Assembly: GCA_944391335.1 (NCBI GenBank) | Contig: CALXTF010000006.1 | Location: 3,296-67,295, forward strand | Direction: 5' to 3' | Source: an uncultured Alphaproteobacteria bacterium | Lineage (GTDB): Bacteria > Pseudomonadota > Alphaproteobacteria > RF32 > CAG-239 | DNA length: 64,000 nt | Shown: one piece after another, positions 1 through 9,762 of the stretch | Position numbering within the stretch: position 1 is the stretch's first letter | Layout of the letters: every line of letters starts with the position of its first letter | Translations under genes and position numbers: made by a program | The notes under the pieces: model-generated | Seen by the model: only the letters and a program-made list of their open reading frames with translations | Databases searched by the model: none | What the model was told of the DNA's origin: nothing

Positions 1-72
1 AAAAAAGAGAGCTGTTTACTTTAGATAAATATTTTATATTAACATTCAAAGAAACATTTTGGAGTGTTGTGA

Positions 73-1401
73 ATGATTAAGGAAAGATATTTATGTATTG
101 GAGTAATGACAGGAAACTCTTTGGATGGTGTCGATGTGGTCTTATCTGAATTTAAGAAAGATCACATCCGCGATATTTGTGTCTTTTCTCAAGAAATTTC
201 TCCTTCTCTGAGCAAAAGGTTTCGCCGATTAAAAAAAACATTGGCGCACAACAATTGTGATATTGCTTCATTAGCGGCAGATAAAGGTAATGATTTTAAA
301 TCCTTACATGACGATTACGTTAATCTTGTGGCTTTATCTGTCAATCAATTGTTAAAAGAAAACAACATTTCACCAAAATCTGTTGACGCCATAGGGTTTC
401 ATGGTCAGACGTGCGGTCATTGTCCCCCCTCTATCGCCCATAGTAAAGAACCAAATAAAGTTTATACCTTACAGATTGGAAGCGGGCAAATGCTCGCCGA
501 TTTAACCGGAATACCCGTCGTTTATGATTTCCGCTCCGATGATATTATGAACTTAGGCGAAGGCGCTCCTTTTGCTCCTGTCCATAATCAACATATCACA
601 CAAGATTTAATCACAAAAGGTGTTTTCCCTGTTGTCTTTTGTAATGCGGGAAATACAGGAAATATCTCCATTATTTCTAAAGATATCAATACAAATAAAA
701 ATGTCGCTTTAGGCTGGGATACAGGACCTTTTAATCATTTTGCCGACGCCTTGATGCAAAAACAGAAAAATTTATCTTGTGATTATAATGGTGAAATTGG
801 AAAAAATGGAAAAATTAATTATACCCTTCTGCATAAATTATTTGAAAATGCGGTTCAAACAAATTCTCATCAAAATTTTATAACCATTAAACCTCCTAAA
901 TCCTCAGATCCTGCATGGTATGTTTTAATACCTGAATTGTTGGATAATAATATCACTTTTGAAGATAGGCTGAGAACTGTGGAATTTTTTAGCGCGTATG
1001 TTATGGTTTATAATTTCCGTTTTATACCTGAAAATATAAAATATCCAAAATATTTTCTGCTTTTTGGCGGCGGATGGAAAAATCCAATTATATTAAATGA
1101 TTTTGAAAATTTATTATATGGTAAGGCAAAAGTTTTACCCGAACATCAAAAAATTTTTGATAAATCTATACTCCCTGATGCCGTTATAAGTTGGTCAGAT
1201 AAATATGGTTATAATGGAAAATATATGGAAGCGCGAATTTTTGCAGATATGGCAAAATGTTATTTAACTAAAGAACCATTTTCATTTCCGGAAACAACAG
1301 GATGCCTTAAACCTACAGTTGGTGGAATTATGGCTTTCCCTAATGGAAAAGATAAACGTTTATGGTCAAGAGCCGCTCCTGGATGGGCAAAAAATACTTA
1401 A
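73..1401 (+). CDS. anmK: Anhydro-N-acetylmuramic acid kinase
   Basis: 442-aa ORF. GVMTGNSLDGVDVV (AnmK GxMSGTSxDGxD), IGFHGQT, LQIGSG, GEGAPFAP, GWDTGPFN and FGGGWKNP occur in the same order as in E. coli AnmK. Confidence 0.85.
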   Translation: MIKERYLCIGVMTGNSLDGVDVVLSEFKKDHIRDICVFSQEISPSLSKRFRRLKKTLAHNNCDIASLAADKGNDFKSLHDDYVNLVALSVNQLLKENNISPKSVDAIGFHGQTCGHCPPSIAHSKEPNKVYTLQIGSGQMLADLTGIPVVYDFRSDDIMNLGEGAPFAPVHNQHITQDLITKGVFPVVFCNAGNTGNISIISKDINTNKNVALGWDTGPFNHFADALMQKQKNLSCDYNGEIGKNGKINYTLLHKLFENAVQTNSHQNFITIKPPKSSDPAWYVLIPELLDNNITFEDRLRTVEFFSAYVMVYNFRFIPENIKYPKYFLLFGGGWKNPIILNDFENLLYGKAKVLPEHQKIFDKSILPDAVISWSDKYGYNGKYMEARIFADMAKCYLTKEPFSFPETTGCLKPTVGGIMAFPNGKDKRLWSRAAPGWAKNT

Positions 1402-1553
1402 TATCGGTTACGGAGTTATTAAAAATAAAATCAAGTTTTAATAACAAAACTTCAATGCTATCTGTATTTTAAAAAATTCTTGACTTAATCTATTCTCGCT
1501 TATATCATTTTTGTAAATCGTAATTAGTATGTTAACCCTTAAAAAATATTATT

Positions 1554-2099
1554 ATGGAAAAATTTATGTTTTTTGTTATTGTTGGATTACTCTTTTTATG
1601 TTTGTTTATGATTCTAATTAATGTTGGCATCAACATTCTCAGACAGAAAGTTGAAAAACAAATCAATCCAGCGTATTGGAAGGATAAAATTCCTAAAAAT
1701 GTCGATGATTACGTCGAACCACGCTATGTCTATGAAAACCTAATGGAAAGTACAAAATATCTTCCCCAAAACGGTCAAATTATCGGTTATCGAATTAGCC
1801 CAAATCTGGTTATTCATAGTCAAATAACACAAAAAGTTAAAAGATCATCAATACTTTTGTGTTTGTTATGCTTTAATGGAAATTTATTGGAAGATGAAGA
1901 CATCGTTTTACTACAGAAAAACTGGGAAAAAATCTCTGATTTGCGTTGTAAATCCGGTAATACCCCTTTGAATGAAAGGTATTTTTGGGCAACCTTAAAA
2001 GATGGCCTTGGTATTGCCCATTATAAAGACATCACACGCCAGAAAATATGGAAAAAATCAGGTGCTTATCCTCTTATCTTAAAACTTTCCAATTCTTGA
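1554..2099 (+). CDS. Hypothetical membrane-anchored protein
   Basis: 181-aa ORF with an N-terminal hydrophobic anchor (FMFFVIVGLLFLCLFMILINVGI). No family recognised. Followed by a hairpin terminator. Confidence 0.5.
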   Translation: MEKFMFFVIVGLLFLCLFMILINVGINILRQKVEKQINPAYWKDKIPKNVDDYVEPRYVYENLMESTKYLPQNGQIIGYRISPNLVIHSQITQKVKRSSILLCLLCFNGNLLEDEDIVLLQKNWEKISDLRCKSGNTPLNERYFWATLKDGLGIAHYKDITRQKIWKKSGAYPLILKLSNS

Positions 2100-2108
2100 A
2101 AAATATTT

Positions 2109-2137
2109 AAACGGTACTCATTAAAAGAGTACCGTTT
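2109..2137. terminator. Bidirectional hairpin terminator between convergent genes
   Basis: aaacggtactc-attaaaa-gagtaccgttt, an 11-bp stem with A/T-rich flanks on both sides. Confidence 0.6.
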
Positions 2138-2159
2138 AATATTTTATAAATAACGTTTT

Positions 2160-3575
2160 TTAATTTTGAAAAAGATATACACTAAAAGTGTTATATAGAG
2201 CTAAAAAAAGTAAAAGTCCCAAACTTAAAGGTGCAAAAATACGCAATGTTAATAAAAAATATCTTGTAAATCTTGAAGTAACAACTGCGGATCGGCGAAT
2301 ATTGTGAATAATTGTTTTCATTGCCGAATAACCGACAAAAAGTGCTATAGTCATAGAAACAATGGCCGCAGTAAAAGTCGACGACAACCAATCAAAAAGT
2401 TCAAAAATATTTTTATCTAAAATTTTTATATCCCAAATACCCGAAAAAGACGCTGTAACAGCCGTAAAACCTAAACAAGTGATAAGCATAACCATTAATA
2501 CAGCCGTAAAACGTTTTAATTTAAGTTTATCCATAAAGAGGTTGGTTAAAGCTTCAAAAATGGAAATGGTTGAAGTTACGGTTGCTAAAGCAAGTAAAAG
2601 ATAAAAAGAAATCGACCAGATTTGTCCTCCGGATAATTGTTGAAATACAATAGGTAGAGAAATAAAAGTTAATCCTGGACCGGAAGTCGGCGGAATATTG
2701 GCGGCAAAAACCGCGGGTATAATAATAACAGCACTTAAAATTGCCGCTAAAGTATCAAAAATTTCAATACTGCGAACAGCGGTAAATAAATTCTCTTTTG
2801 AAGACAAATAAGAACCATAGACCAATAAAATACCAAAACCAAGTGAAAGAGATAAAAAAGCTTGACCTAAAGCAGCCACAAAAGTCCTAAAAAGCATATT
2901 CCAATTAAAGCCTTCATCTGTAAATCCTAAGTATTCCCATTTGGGCGTTAAAAGAAATTGAACACCATTTTCAGCTCCATCAAGGAGTATGGATTGAAAA
3001 GATAAAACCAAGAAAATAATAAATAAAATAGGCATTAAGATAATTCCGGCTTTTTCAATACCTTGTTTAACTCCGGCAATAACAATCATTGCCGTGACGA
3101 ACATAAAAATTAAACCACAAGTGTATTGAGTTGAAAAATTATGGCTTAATGTATCGAATTCATTAGGAAGATTTTCTGTTGGAATATGGAGCAAATTACC
3201 GGATAAAGATTCCAGAAGGTAATAAAGCACCCAACCGGCAACAAGAAAGTAAAAAGAAATAATCATACTAATTCCGATAAAAGCAATCCAGCCACCAAAA
3301 AAAGACCAGAATTGAAGATGTTTCATGCCTAATTTTTGTCCGATAATTTTATATGCATCAACGAAATTACTTTTAGAAGCGCGGCCGAGGGCTATTTCAG
3401 ACACCATTAGAGGGTTGCATATAAATAAAATAATCAAAAGATAAAGAATAATGAAACTTAATCCGCCGTATTGACCGACCAAATATGGAAAACGCCAAAT
3501 ATTTCCTAATCCAATGGCGGATCCTGCTGCGGCTAATATAAACCCCCAACGCGTGTTGAAATTTTCTTTTCTCAT
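2160..3575 (-). CDS. Sodium-dependent neurotransmitter:sodium symporter (NSS/SNF) family transporter
   Basis: 471-aa polytopic ORF. N-terminal RWGFILAAAGSAIGLGNIWRFPY is the NSS family signature. Confidence 0.9.
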   Translation of the reverse strand: MRKENFNTRWGFILAAAGSAIGLGNIWRFPYLVGQYGGLSFIILYLLIILFICNPLMVSEIALGRASKSNFVDAYKIIGQKLGMKHLQFWSFFGGWIAFIGISMIISFYFLVAGWVLYYLLESLSGNLLHIPTENLPNEFDTLSHNFSTQYTCGLIFMFVTAMIVIAGVKQGIEKAGIILMPILFIIFLVLSFQSILLDGAENGVQFLLTPKWEYLGFTDEGFNWNMLFRTFVAALGQAFLSLSLGFGILLVYGSYLSSKENLFTAVRSIEIFDTLAAILSAVIIIPAVFAANIPPTSGPGLTFISLPIVFQQLSGGQIWSISFYLLLALATVTSTISIFEALTNLFMDKLKLKRFTAVLMVMLITCLGFTAVTASFSGIWDIKILDKNIFELFDWLSSTFTAAIVSMTIALFVGYSAMKTIIHNIRRSAVVTSRFTRYFLLTLRIFAPLSLGLLLFLALYNTFSVYLFQN

Positions 3576-3687
3576 ATGTGTAAAGCCCTTTAAAATAAAT
3601 TTTTTATTATAATAACTTTATTTGCCATATTTTATACTCTAAACAAAAAAATATAAACAGAAAATATAGATTAACTTTTGTTTGAAT

Positions 3688-3718
3688 AAAAAAACAGCAT
3701 TATCTAAAGATAATGCTG
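3688..3718 (-). terminator. Intrinsic terminator of the 3734..4213 gene
   Basis: cagcattatc-taaa-gataatgctg, a 10-bp stem. The A7 run on the + strand is a U-run after the hairpin on the - strand. Confidence 0.65.
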
Positions 3719-3733
3719 TTAGAAGAGAGTTTT

Positions 3734-4213
3734 TTAAAAAACAATAACAATACGTGATAGATGTTCAACCGACATATCACACCACGAATATTTCCCATCG
3801 GTTAATGAAAAAGTCAAAGAATATTCGGGAGCTTCATGGAACACTTCCGAACACCAAATAATTCCGCGGTAATCGATATTTTTGATACCGTTATTTTCCA
3901 TCACAAGAATTGTCTTTTTTAAATCCGAACGTTTCTCTTTGTTCCAAATTTTTCCAAGTAATTCAGCAGATGGCAAAGAACCGTATTTTCCCTTAAAAAT
4001 CATGCTTTTAACATATTTTTGCACATCAGCCTTATTTTTTATTGGCGAATCATTGGAGTTTAGCATTTTAGTTAAAGAGAGCAAGCAATTAGGACTTAGA
4101 TCAATTCCCCAAAGTTCATTTTTACGTTCTAAGTTTAAACCATTTAAAACATAAAATTCATTTTTTTTACAATAAACCAACGGTAAGGTTGTTTCTATTA
4201 AATTTGTCTCCAT
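3734..4213 (-). CDS. Hypothetical protein
   Basis: 159-aa ORF with its own terminator. LPSAELLGKIW ... IIWCSEV ... faintly resembles DUF1566/Lcl-C-terminal-type domains (unverified). Confidence 0.5.
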   Translation of the reverse strand: METNLIETTLPLVYCKKNEFYVLNGLNLERKNELWGIDLSPNCLLSLTKMLNSNDSPIKNKADVQKYVKSMIFKGKYGSLPSAELLGKIWNKEKRSDLKKTILVMENNGIKNIDYRGIIWCSEVFHEAPEYSLTFSLTDGKYSWCDMSVEHLSRIVIVF

Positions 4214-4287
4214 AATTATAATTGTTTACAGAATTATATAAATTTTATTTATTATATCTAGATTTAATTTAAAGTAAAGAACTTTAT

Positions 4288-5097
4288 TTATGTTTTATGG
4301 TAAATAGTGAAATATCCTTCTTCATCATCGACTGGTTCATAAGATTTAAGAAATTTATTAAAGCAATTTTCATCTATAAAAAGTTCGTTAGATTGATTAT
4401 TGGTTCTTTGATTTATTCTTTCTCGTGCAATATTGATATCACAAGTAAGGGCATGGAAAATAACATTTGGTGTAATTTTCTTTGCCCAGTTATAATATTG
4501 TTTACGATTTTCTCTTGTCCAAAAGCCATAATCTAAAATAACGTCATAACCTTCTTTAATTTTAATAATTGTTTGTTGACGGATAAATTTATCAACTACT
4601 TTGTATTTTTCTTGAAAATTGTCAGGATTTCGCCCATATCGATTACACATAATTTCATCATGAGTAAAGCGAACCGCCGTTAAATCTTGTTCAAGTTGTT
4701 TGGCATAAGTTGTTTTACCAAAACCAAGATAACCGCATATAAGATGTATTGTTGGATAAAGATGAATAAGTTTATGTGTAAACCATTTTTCTTGAAAGCA
4801 AATTTGTTTTTCAATTTCCTGATGAGATAACAAGAGATTTTGAGGGACAACAATTAATTTATCATCATTATCATTTGTACGATGAATAACAGCTATACAT
4901 TTGCCTGTAAATTCGGTTATAGGTGAATTAATACCCAAAACATAAGCGTCAAGTTCTTCCCCATCACCAGATATTGTGTTAGGAATATAACCATAATTAA
5001 CTTCATAAATAAATCCGTGCTTGGGATGCCTGCTTCCCAAAGGACGATCAATTTGAACATTTACGGCTTTTCCAAGATATTTTTCCCATAGATCCAT
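4288..5097 (-). CDS. Fusion protein: inorganic-pyrophosphatase-like N-terminal domain plus P-loop kinase/ATPase-like C-terminal domain
   Basis: N-terminal half has DRPLGSRHP, NYGYIPNT, DGEELDAYVLG and NDNDDKLIVVP (family I PPase-like pattern). C-terminal half has the Walker A-like GYLGFGKTT, followed by a ~150-aa small-kinase-like region. Confidence 0.6.
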   Translation of the reverse strand: MDLWEKYLGKAVNVQIDRPLGSRHPKHGFIYEVNYGYIPNTISGDGEELDAYVLGINSPITEFTGKCIAVIHRTNDNDDKLIVVPQNLLLSHQEIEKQICFQEKWFTHKLIHLYPTIHLICGYLGFGKTTYAKQLEQDLTAVRFTHDEIMCNRYGRNPDNFQEKYKVVDKFIRQQTIIKIKEGYDVILDYGFWTRENRKQYYNWAKKITPNVIFHALTCDINIARERINQRTNNQSNELFIDENCFNKFLKSYEPVDDEEGYFTIYHKT

Positions 5098-5195
5098 ATA
5101 ATTTTTCCTTATATGCTAATATATGATTGACATTATTATTATGTCTCATAAAATTATTGTAATTCAAAATATATTACTGAAAGAATTGTTTCAAA

Positions 5196-5663
5196 ATGAA
5201 AATAAGAAAATTTGTAAAAGAAGATATAACACAAGTTATAGATATTTGTAAAGAGGTTAGAGATCATCATATAAAGATTTTAGGAGGGTATTTTTTGCCT
5301 TTGGATGATGAAATGGAGAAAATTGGATTTTTAGAAACCTTAATAACGGATAAATCAATCGCATTAGTAGCGGAAGAGCAGGGGATTATCTATGGTTATT
5401 TGTTAGCGGAAGAAAAAAATTCCCCTTATTTAATGTGTCCTCAAGTTGCCCATATTTCTAATTTTGGAGTAAAAGAAAGCTTCCGCCATCAGGGAATAGG
5501 GAAAATGTTGATGGATGCTTTTTATGAATATTGCAATCAAAAAGGAATTAATGAAATTCGTTTAGGTGTGTTTAATCTCAATCAAGACGCTTATTCTTTT
5601 TATCAAAAATATGGTTTTGAGGCTTTTGAACAGCGTATGCATTTGAAATTAAATAGGAAATGA
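5196..5663 (+). CDS. GNAT family N-acetyltransferase
   Basis: 155-aa ORF. Acetyl-CoA binding motif RHQGIGKMLMDAF (R/QxxGxG/A) and the typical GNAT C-terminal YxKxGF (YQKYGFE). Confidence 0.8.
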   Translation: MKIRKFVKEDITQVIDICKEVRDHHIKILGGYFLPLDDEMEKIGFLETLITDKSIALVAEEQGIIYGYLLAEEKNSPYLMCPQVAHISNFGVKESFRHQGIGKMLMDAFYEYCNQKGINEIRLGVFNLNQDAYSFYQKYGFEAFEQRMHLKLNRK

Positions 5664-5676
5664 AAGGATTATAATA

Positions 5677-6006
5677 ATGTTGGAACTAAAGACAAATCCC
5701 ACTTTAAAGGATTATCAGAGATATGTTAAGAAGATGAAACAAGAACGAGGTTTTAACACAACAGATAAATTTTATGAGTGTTGTTTATTTGCAGAGGAAT
5801 GTGGTGAAGTTATTTCGGCGATACGAAAAAATTCTAAACAAGGCAGCATAGGAAGTGGTTCTGTTGTGAGAGATGTGGCAGAAGAATTAGCGGATGTTTT
5901 TATTTATATTTGTTCATTAGCTAATATGCATGACATAGATTTAGAACAAGCTTTTCGCGAGAAAGAAGAAAAGAACAAACAACGTATATGGAAAAGAAAT
6001 CAATAA
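5677..6006 (+). CDS. MazG-like nucleotide pyrophosphohydrolase (all-alpha NTP-PPase)
   Basis: 109-aa ORF, 13 nt after the GNAT gene. EECGEV...AIRK and EELADVFIY...LA...IDLE match the MazG-type metal-binding helices. Confidence 0.7.
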   Translation: MLELKTNPTLKDYQRYVKKMKQERGFNTTDKFYECCLFAEECGEVISAIRKNSKQGSIGSGSVVRDVAEELADVFIYICSLANMHDIDLEQAFREKEEKNKQRIWKRNQ

Positions 6007-6053
6007 CTTGGAATAAATGAATTATAGAAGTTATATAATTTTAATAAGAAGTT

Positions 6054-7160
6054 TTACTCTAAATTACGTTTAAAAGTTCTTGCCGCAAGAGCAAGAGAAA
6101 ATAAAGCAATAGCGGTAAGTATTAATAGATCGATATAAATATCGTTTAATTGCATATTTTTTAAGAACACGCCGTTACCAATATTAATGAAGAAACGTAA
6201 GGGATTAGCATAAGTTAAGTATTGTAAAAGGATAGGCATATCAGCGACCGGAGAAACAAAACCGGATAATAAGACTGCCGGCATAATAAAAGCAAAAGCT
6301 CCTAAAATGGCTTGTTGTTGGTTACGGCAAACAGAAGAAATAAACAGTCCTATTCCGACTAAGGAGAGCATAGCGATAAAAGATGAAAAGAAAAATAACC
6401 CAATAGATCCCACAAATGGAATATCAAAACAAAAAACAGCAACCCATGTCATAACCACTTGCAATACAAGGGCAATAATCAATGGGGGAATAATTTTACC
6501 AATAAGGATTTCAAAAGCAGTATAAGGACTAACGATTAATTGTTCAAAAGTTCCTATTTCTCTTTCTCTAGCCACAGATAATGATGTTAGCATTAACGAG
6601 ATAACAAGTACTAAAATAACAATTAAAGAAATAACTAAATACCATTGATATGTGGCATTAGGATTAAACCAGTTTCTAACGTTGATATTAATTGAAGCAT
6701 TAGGGATTGAAAATTTTTGATTATAAGTATTTGCAATCTGATTAATATAATCGACAATACCGGCAGCGACACTTGGTGTTCGTCCATCGACAAAAAGTTC
6801 TATTTGTGAGATTTGTTCTTTTTTTAACTGTACAGCGAAATGATTATGAATTGTTAAAACAGCTTGTATTTTTTCTTCTTTAAGATTTTGCAAAGCTTGA
6901 TTTCTGTTTTGTGATAAAGATACATTGTTGAACCATGATGAAGCGGCAATTTTATTAATAAATTCGCGTGATTCGAGAGTTTTTGAATAATCGATAATTG
7001 TAATATTGATATTTTTAGTCTCCATGGTGAGAATATTAGCGAAAAGAGCCAATTGAATAAGAGGCGGCGCAAGAATAATGATTCGACTTTTAGGATCGTG
7101 AAGAATGGTAAGAAATTCTTTTTTGATAAGGACCCATAAATGAAAAAAGTAATTAATCAT
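6054..7160 (-). CDS. ABC-2 type transporter permease (YbhR-like)
   Basis: Six-TM ABC-2 permease. I place the start at MINYFFH (ATG 7160), preceded by AGGAGG. The ATGATTAA overlap couples it to the upstream permease stop. The track ORF extends to 7211. Confidence 0.8.
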   Translation of the reverse strand: MINYFFHLWVLIKKEFLTILHDPKSRIIILAPPLIQLALFANILTMETKNINITIIDYSKTLESREFINKIAASSWFNNVSLSQNRNQALQNLKEEKIQAVLTIHNHFAVQLKKEQISQIELFVDGRTPSVAAGIVDYINQIANTYNQKFSIPNASININVRNWFNPNATYQWYLVISLIVILVLVISLMLTSLSVAREREIGTFEQLIVSPYTAFEILIGKIIPPLIIALVLQVVMTWVAVFCFDIPFVGSIGLFFFSSFIAMLSLVGIGLFISSVCRNQQQAILGAFAFIMPAVLLSGFVSPVADMPILLQYLTYANPLRFFINIGNGVFLKNMQLNDIYIDLLILTAIALFSLALAARTFKRNLE

Positions 7161-8259
7161 CAAGCCTCCTAGCAGTTTTTTTATAAACGATAATTGAAAA
7201 TAAAAATCCAAGAATAAATAACAATATCCCGCTTAGAATAGTTGTTTGCGTTATAGAACCCACCATAAATTCATTTTTAATAAAACTAACATAATGAGTA
7301 GGGGGGAGTAGTTGAGTCAACCATCGAAAGAATGTTGGCATAGAAAGTATGGGAAAAACGACGCCGGACATCATTAGCGCCGGCAAGAAGCCAATAATTA
7401 AAGCCGCCATACTTGCCAACATTTGATCATGAAGACAATTTGATATAATTAACCCTATTCCCAAAGAGGCGTAGAAGAATAATGAGCTAATAATAAACAG
7501 CACGAAGAAACTACCATGAAAAGGAATATGAAAGATGAAAATGATAACCGCTAACGAAAATGAAAGAGAAAGCATCCCCACAATAAAATAGGGAATATAT
7601 TTACCAATGACGAATTGAATAGGTTGAATATTAGCGGCCAGAAGGGCTTCCATGGTTCCTCTTTCCCATTCGCGAGAAACCACCAGAGCAGTAAGTAATA
7701 TACCAATCAGAGTCATGGTTACGGCAAGCGAGCTGGGGACAACGGCTCGGCGTCCGTCATTATTTTGATTAAAGAGATATCGAGGTCTTATTTCAACTGC
7801 AGCCTGTTGAAAATCGTGTAAATAAGTTTGATTTAGCCATTCTGAGGTAATTTGTTGAATATAGTTTTGAGCGTAACTGATTTGATTATAATTTGCACCA
7901 TCAATAATGAGTTGTAAAGAAACTTCTTTACCTGCGGAAAGTTGTCGTGAAAAGTCAATAGGAATAGTTAAAGCCGCTTGAATTTTTCCTTGTGTTAAAT
8001 CGTTGAACATTAATTGTCGATTATTGTAAAGGAGCATATTTATATAATTATTTTGTTTAAATTTATCAATTAATTCATTAGATTGTTTTTCATTGTCATT
8101 ATTATTAATTCCTAAACGGATGTGTGTAAAATCGAGATTAATCCCATAAGTATAAATAAAAAGCAGAACAGTCGGCAAAATAAAAGCAATTAATAAACTT
8201 GACGGATCGCGAATGATTTGTAAAAATTCTTTTTTAATAAAAGCTAGAGTTATTTTCAT
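7153..8259 (-). CDS. ABC-2 type transporter permease (YbhS-like)
   Basis: 368-aa paralogue of the downstream permease, with the same architecture (N-terminal TM, large loop, 5 C-terminal TMs). Abuts the ATPase gene stop. Confidence 0.8.
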   Translation of the reverse strand: MKITLAFIKKEFLQIIRDPSSLLIAFILPTVLLFIYTYGINLDFTHIRLGINNNDNEKQSNELIDKFKQNNYINMLLYNNRQLMFNDLTQGKIQAALTIPIDFSRQLSAGKEVSLQLIIDGANYNQISYAQNYIQQITSEWLNQTYLHDFQQAAVEIRPRYLFNQNNDGRRAVVPSSLAVTMTLIGILLTALVVSREWERGTMEALLAANIQPIQFVIGKYIPYFIVGMLSLSFSLAVIIFIFHIPFHGSFFVLFIISSLFFYASLGIGLIISNCLHDQMLASMAALIIGFLPALMMSGVVFPILSMPTFFRWLTQLLPPTHYVSFIKNEFMVGSITQTTILSGILLFILGFLFSIIVYKKTARRLDD

Positions 8260-9762
8260 TTAATCTCTCCTTTTTTGGTCGAGAATAATTTTAATAAAAG
8301 CATCTTCTAGAGTTTGACATTTTGTAGATTTTTTAAGTTCTTGAGGTTTACCGGCAGCAATAGTTTTACCTTGGTAAAACAAACTGATATCATCACAAAA
8401 TTCTGCTTCGTCCATAAAATGAGTTGTAATCAAAACGCTAACCCCTTTTTTGGCAAGAGAAGTAATATGATGCCAAAATTCACGACGCGTAATAACATCG
8501 ACCCCTGACGTTGGTTCATCAAGAAATAAAACGGAAGGATTGTGCATTATGGCACAAGCAAGAGACAGTCTTTGTTTAAATCCGAGAGGTAAATCATTAG
8601 CATTATCATTAAGAAAAGGTTTAAAAGCGAAAATATCAATTATATTTTTAATGGCATCATCGGCTTTATTTTTAGATAGTCCATATGCGCCGGCAAAAAA
8701 ATTCAAATTTTGTTGAACACTTAAATTTGGATAAAGAGAAAATTTTTGTGCCATATAACCGATATTGGCTCGTGCGGCAGAAGGATTTTTGATAATATCA
8801 ATACCCATAATGCGAGCAGTTCCAGAGGTAGGTTTGATTAATCCGCACATCATTTTAAAAGAAGTTGATTTACCTGCGCCATTTGGTCCAAGAAGTCCGA
8901 AAATTTTTCCGGCTTTAATTTTAAAGCTGTTATTTTTAACGGCATAAAATTCTCCGTATTTTTTGGATAAATTATCGGCTTCAACGACATATTCATGATG
9001 ATGAGGTTTAGCAATAAAATTTTTGGCGACTTCGGACGCTTGGAGAGAAAATCCCCCCATTAAAGCGATAATTTTTTCTTCGAATTTTTTTGTATCTGGA
9101 GCCAAATCATAAGGTTTTCCTTGATAAATAATTTTACCTTTATCAATAACAATTACCCGGTCAAATCCATGAGCTTCATCCATATAAGCGGTTGCCCAAA
9201 TAACGGTTGCGTTATTATGAATGGTTTTTTTGACCATTTTCAGTAATTCACGACGTGAAACGGGATCGACACCAACGGAAGGTTCATCTAAAAGTAATAA
9301 ATCAGGATTACCCATTAAAGCGCAAATAAGACCGAGTTTTTGTTTCATACCGCCGGAGAGGTTTCCGACCAGTCGATTTTGAAAAAGGGTTAAGCCGGCA
9401 AAATCAAGTAGGTTATTAAAATTTTTATCAATATTTTTAAGTTTTGCGTAAAAATCAAGATTTTCTTTTATGGTCAAATCTTCATATAAAGCGAATTTCT
9501 GGGGCATGTAACTTATTTTATTAATAAAAAATTTTTTATCATTCCATGGATTTAAACCGTTAATAGATATATATCCTTCATCAGGAAGCAATAATCCGTT
9601 AATCAAACGAAGAAGCGTTGTTTTACCGGCACCATCAGCTCCAATTAATCCAATAGTTTGTCCTTTTTCAATTTTAAGAGATAAGTGATTAATAGCCGTT
9701 ATTTTTCCACTTTTAAAAGTTTTGTGCAGATTTTGAATATCAATTATATATTGTTTGTCCAT
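8260..9762 (-). CDS. ABC transporter ATP-binding protein with two fused NBDs (YbhF-like)
   Basis: Two Walker A sites (GADGAGKTT, GPNGAGKST), the LSGGMKQK signature, and Walker B LLLLDEP / VLFLDEP. ATG at 9762 (MDKQYII) has GGAG 7 nt upstream. The track's TTG at 9780 is less likely. Confidence 0.85.
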   Translation of the reverse strand: MDKQYIIDIQNLHKTFKSGKITAINHLSLKIEKGQTIGLIGADGAGKTTLLRLINGLLLPDEGYISINGLNPWNDKKFFINKISYMPQKFALYEDLTIKENLDFYAKLKNIDKNFNNLLDFAGLTLFQNRLVGNLSGGMKQKLGLICALMGNPDLLLLDEPSVGVDPVSRRELLKMVKKTIHNNATVIWATAYMDEAHGFDRVIVIDKGKIIYQGKPYDLAPDTKKFEEKIIALMGGFSLQASEVAKNFIAKPHHHEYVVEADNLSKKYGEFYAVKNNSFKIKAGKIFGLLGPNGAGKSTSFKMMCGLIKPTSGTARIMGIDIIKNPSAARANIGYMAQKFSLYPNLSVQQNLNFFAGAYGLSKNKADDAIKNIIDIFAFKPFLNDNANDLPLGFKQRLSLACAIMHNPSVLFLDEPTSGVDVITRREFWHHITSLAKKGVSVLITTHFMDEAEFCDDISLFYQGKTIAAGKPQELKKSTKCQTLEDAFIKIILDQKRRD

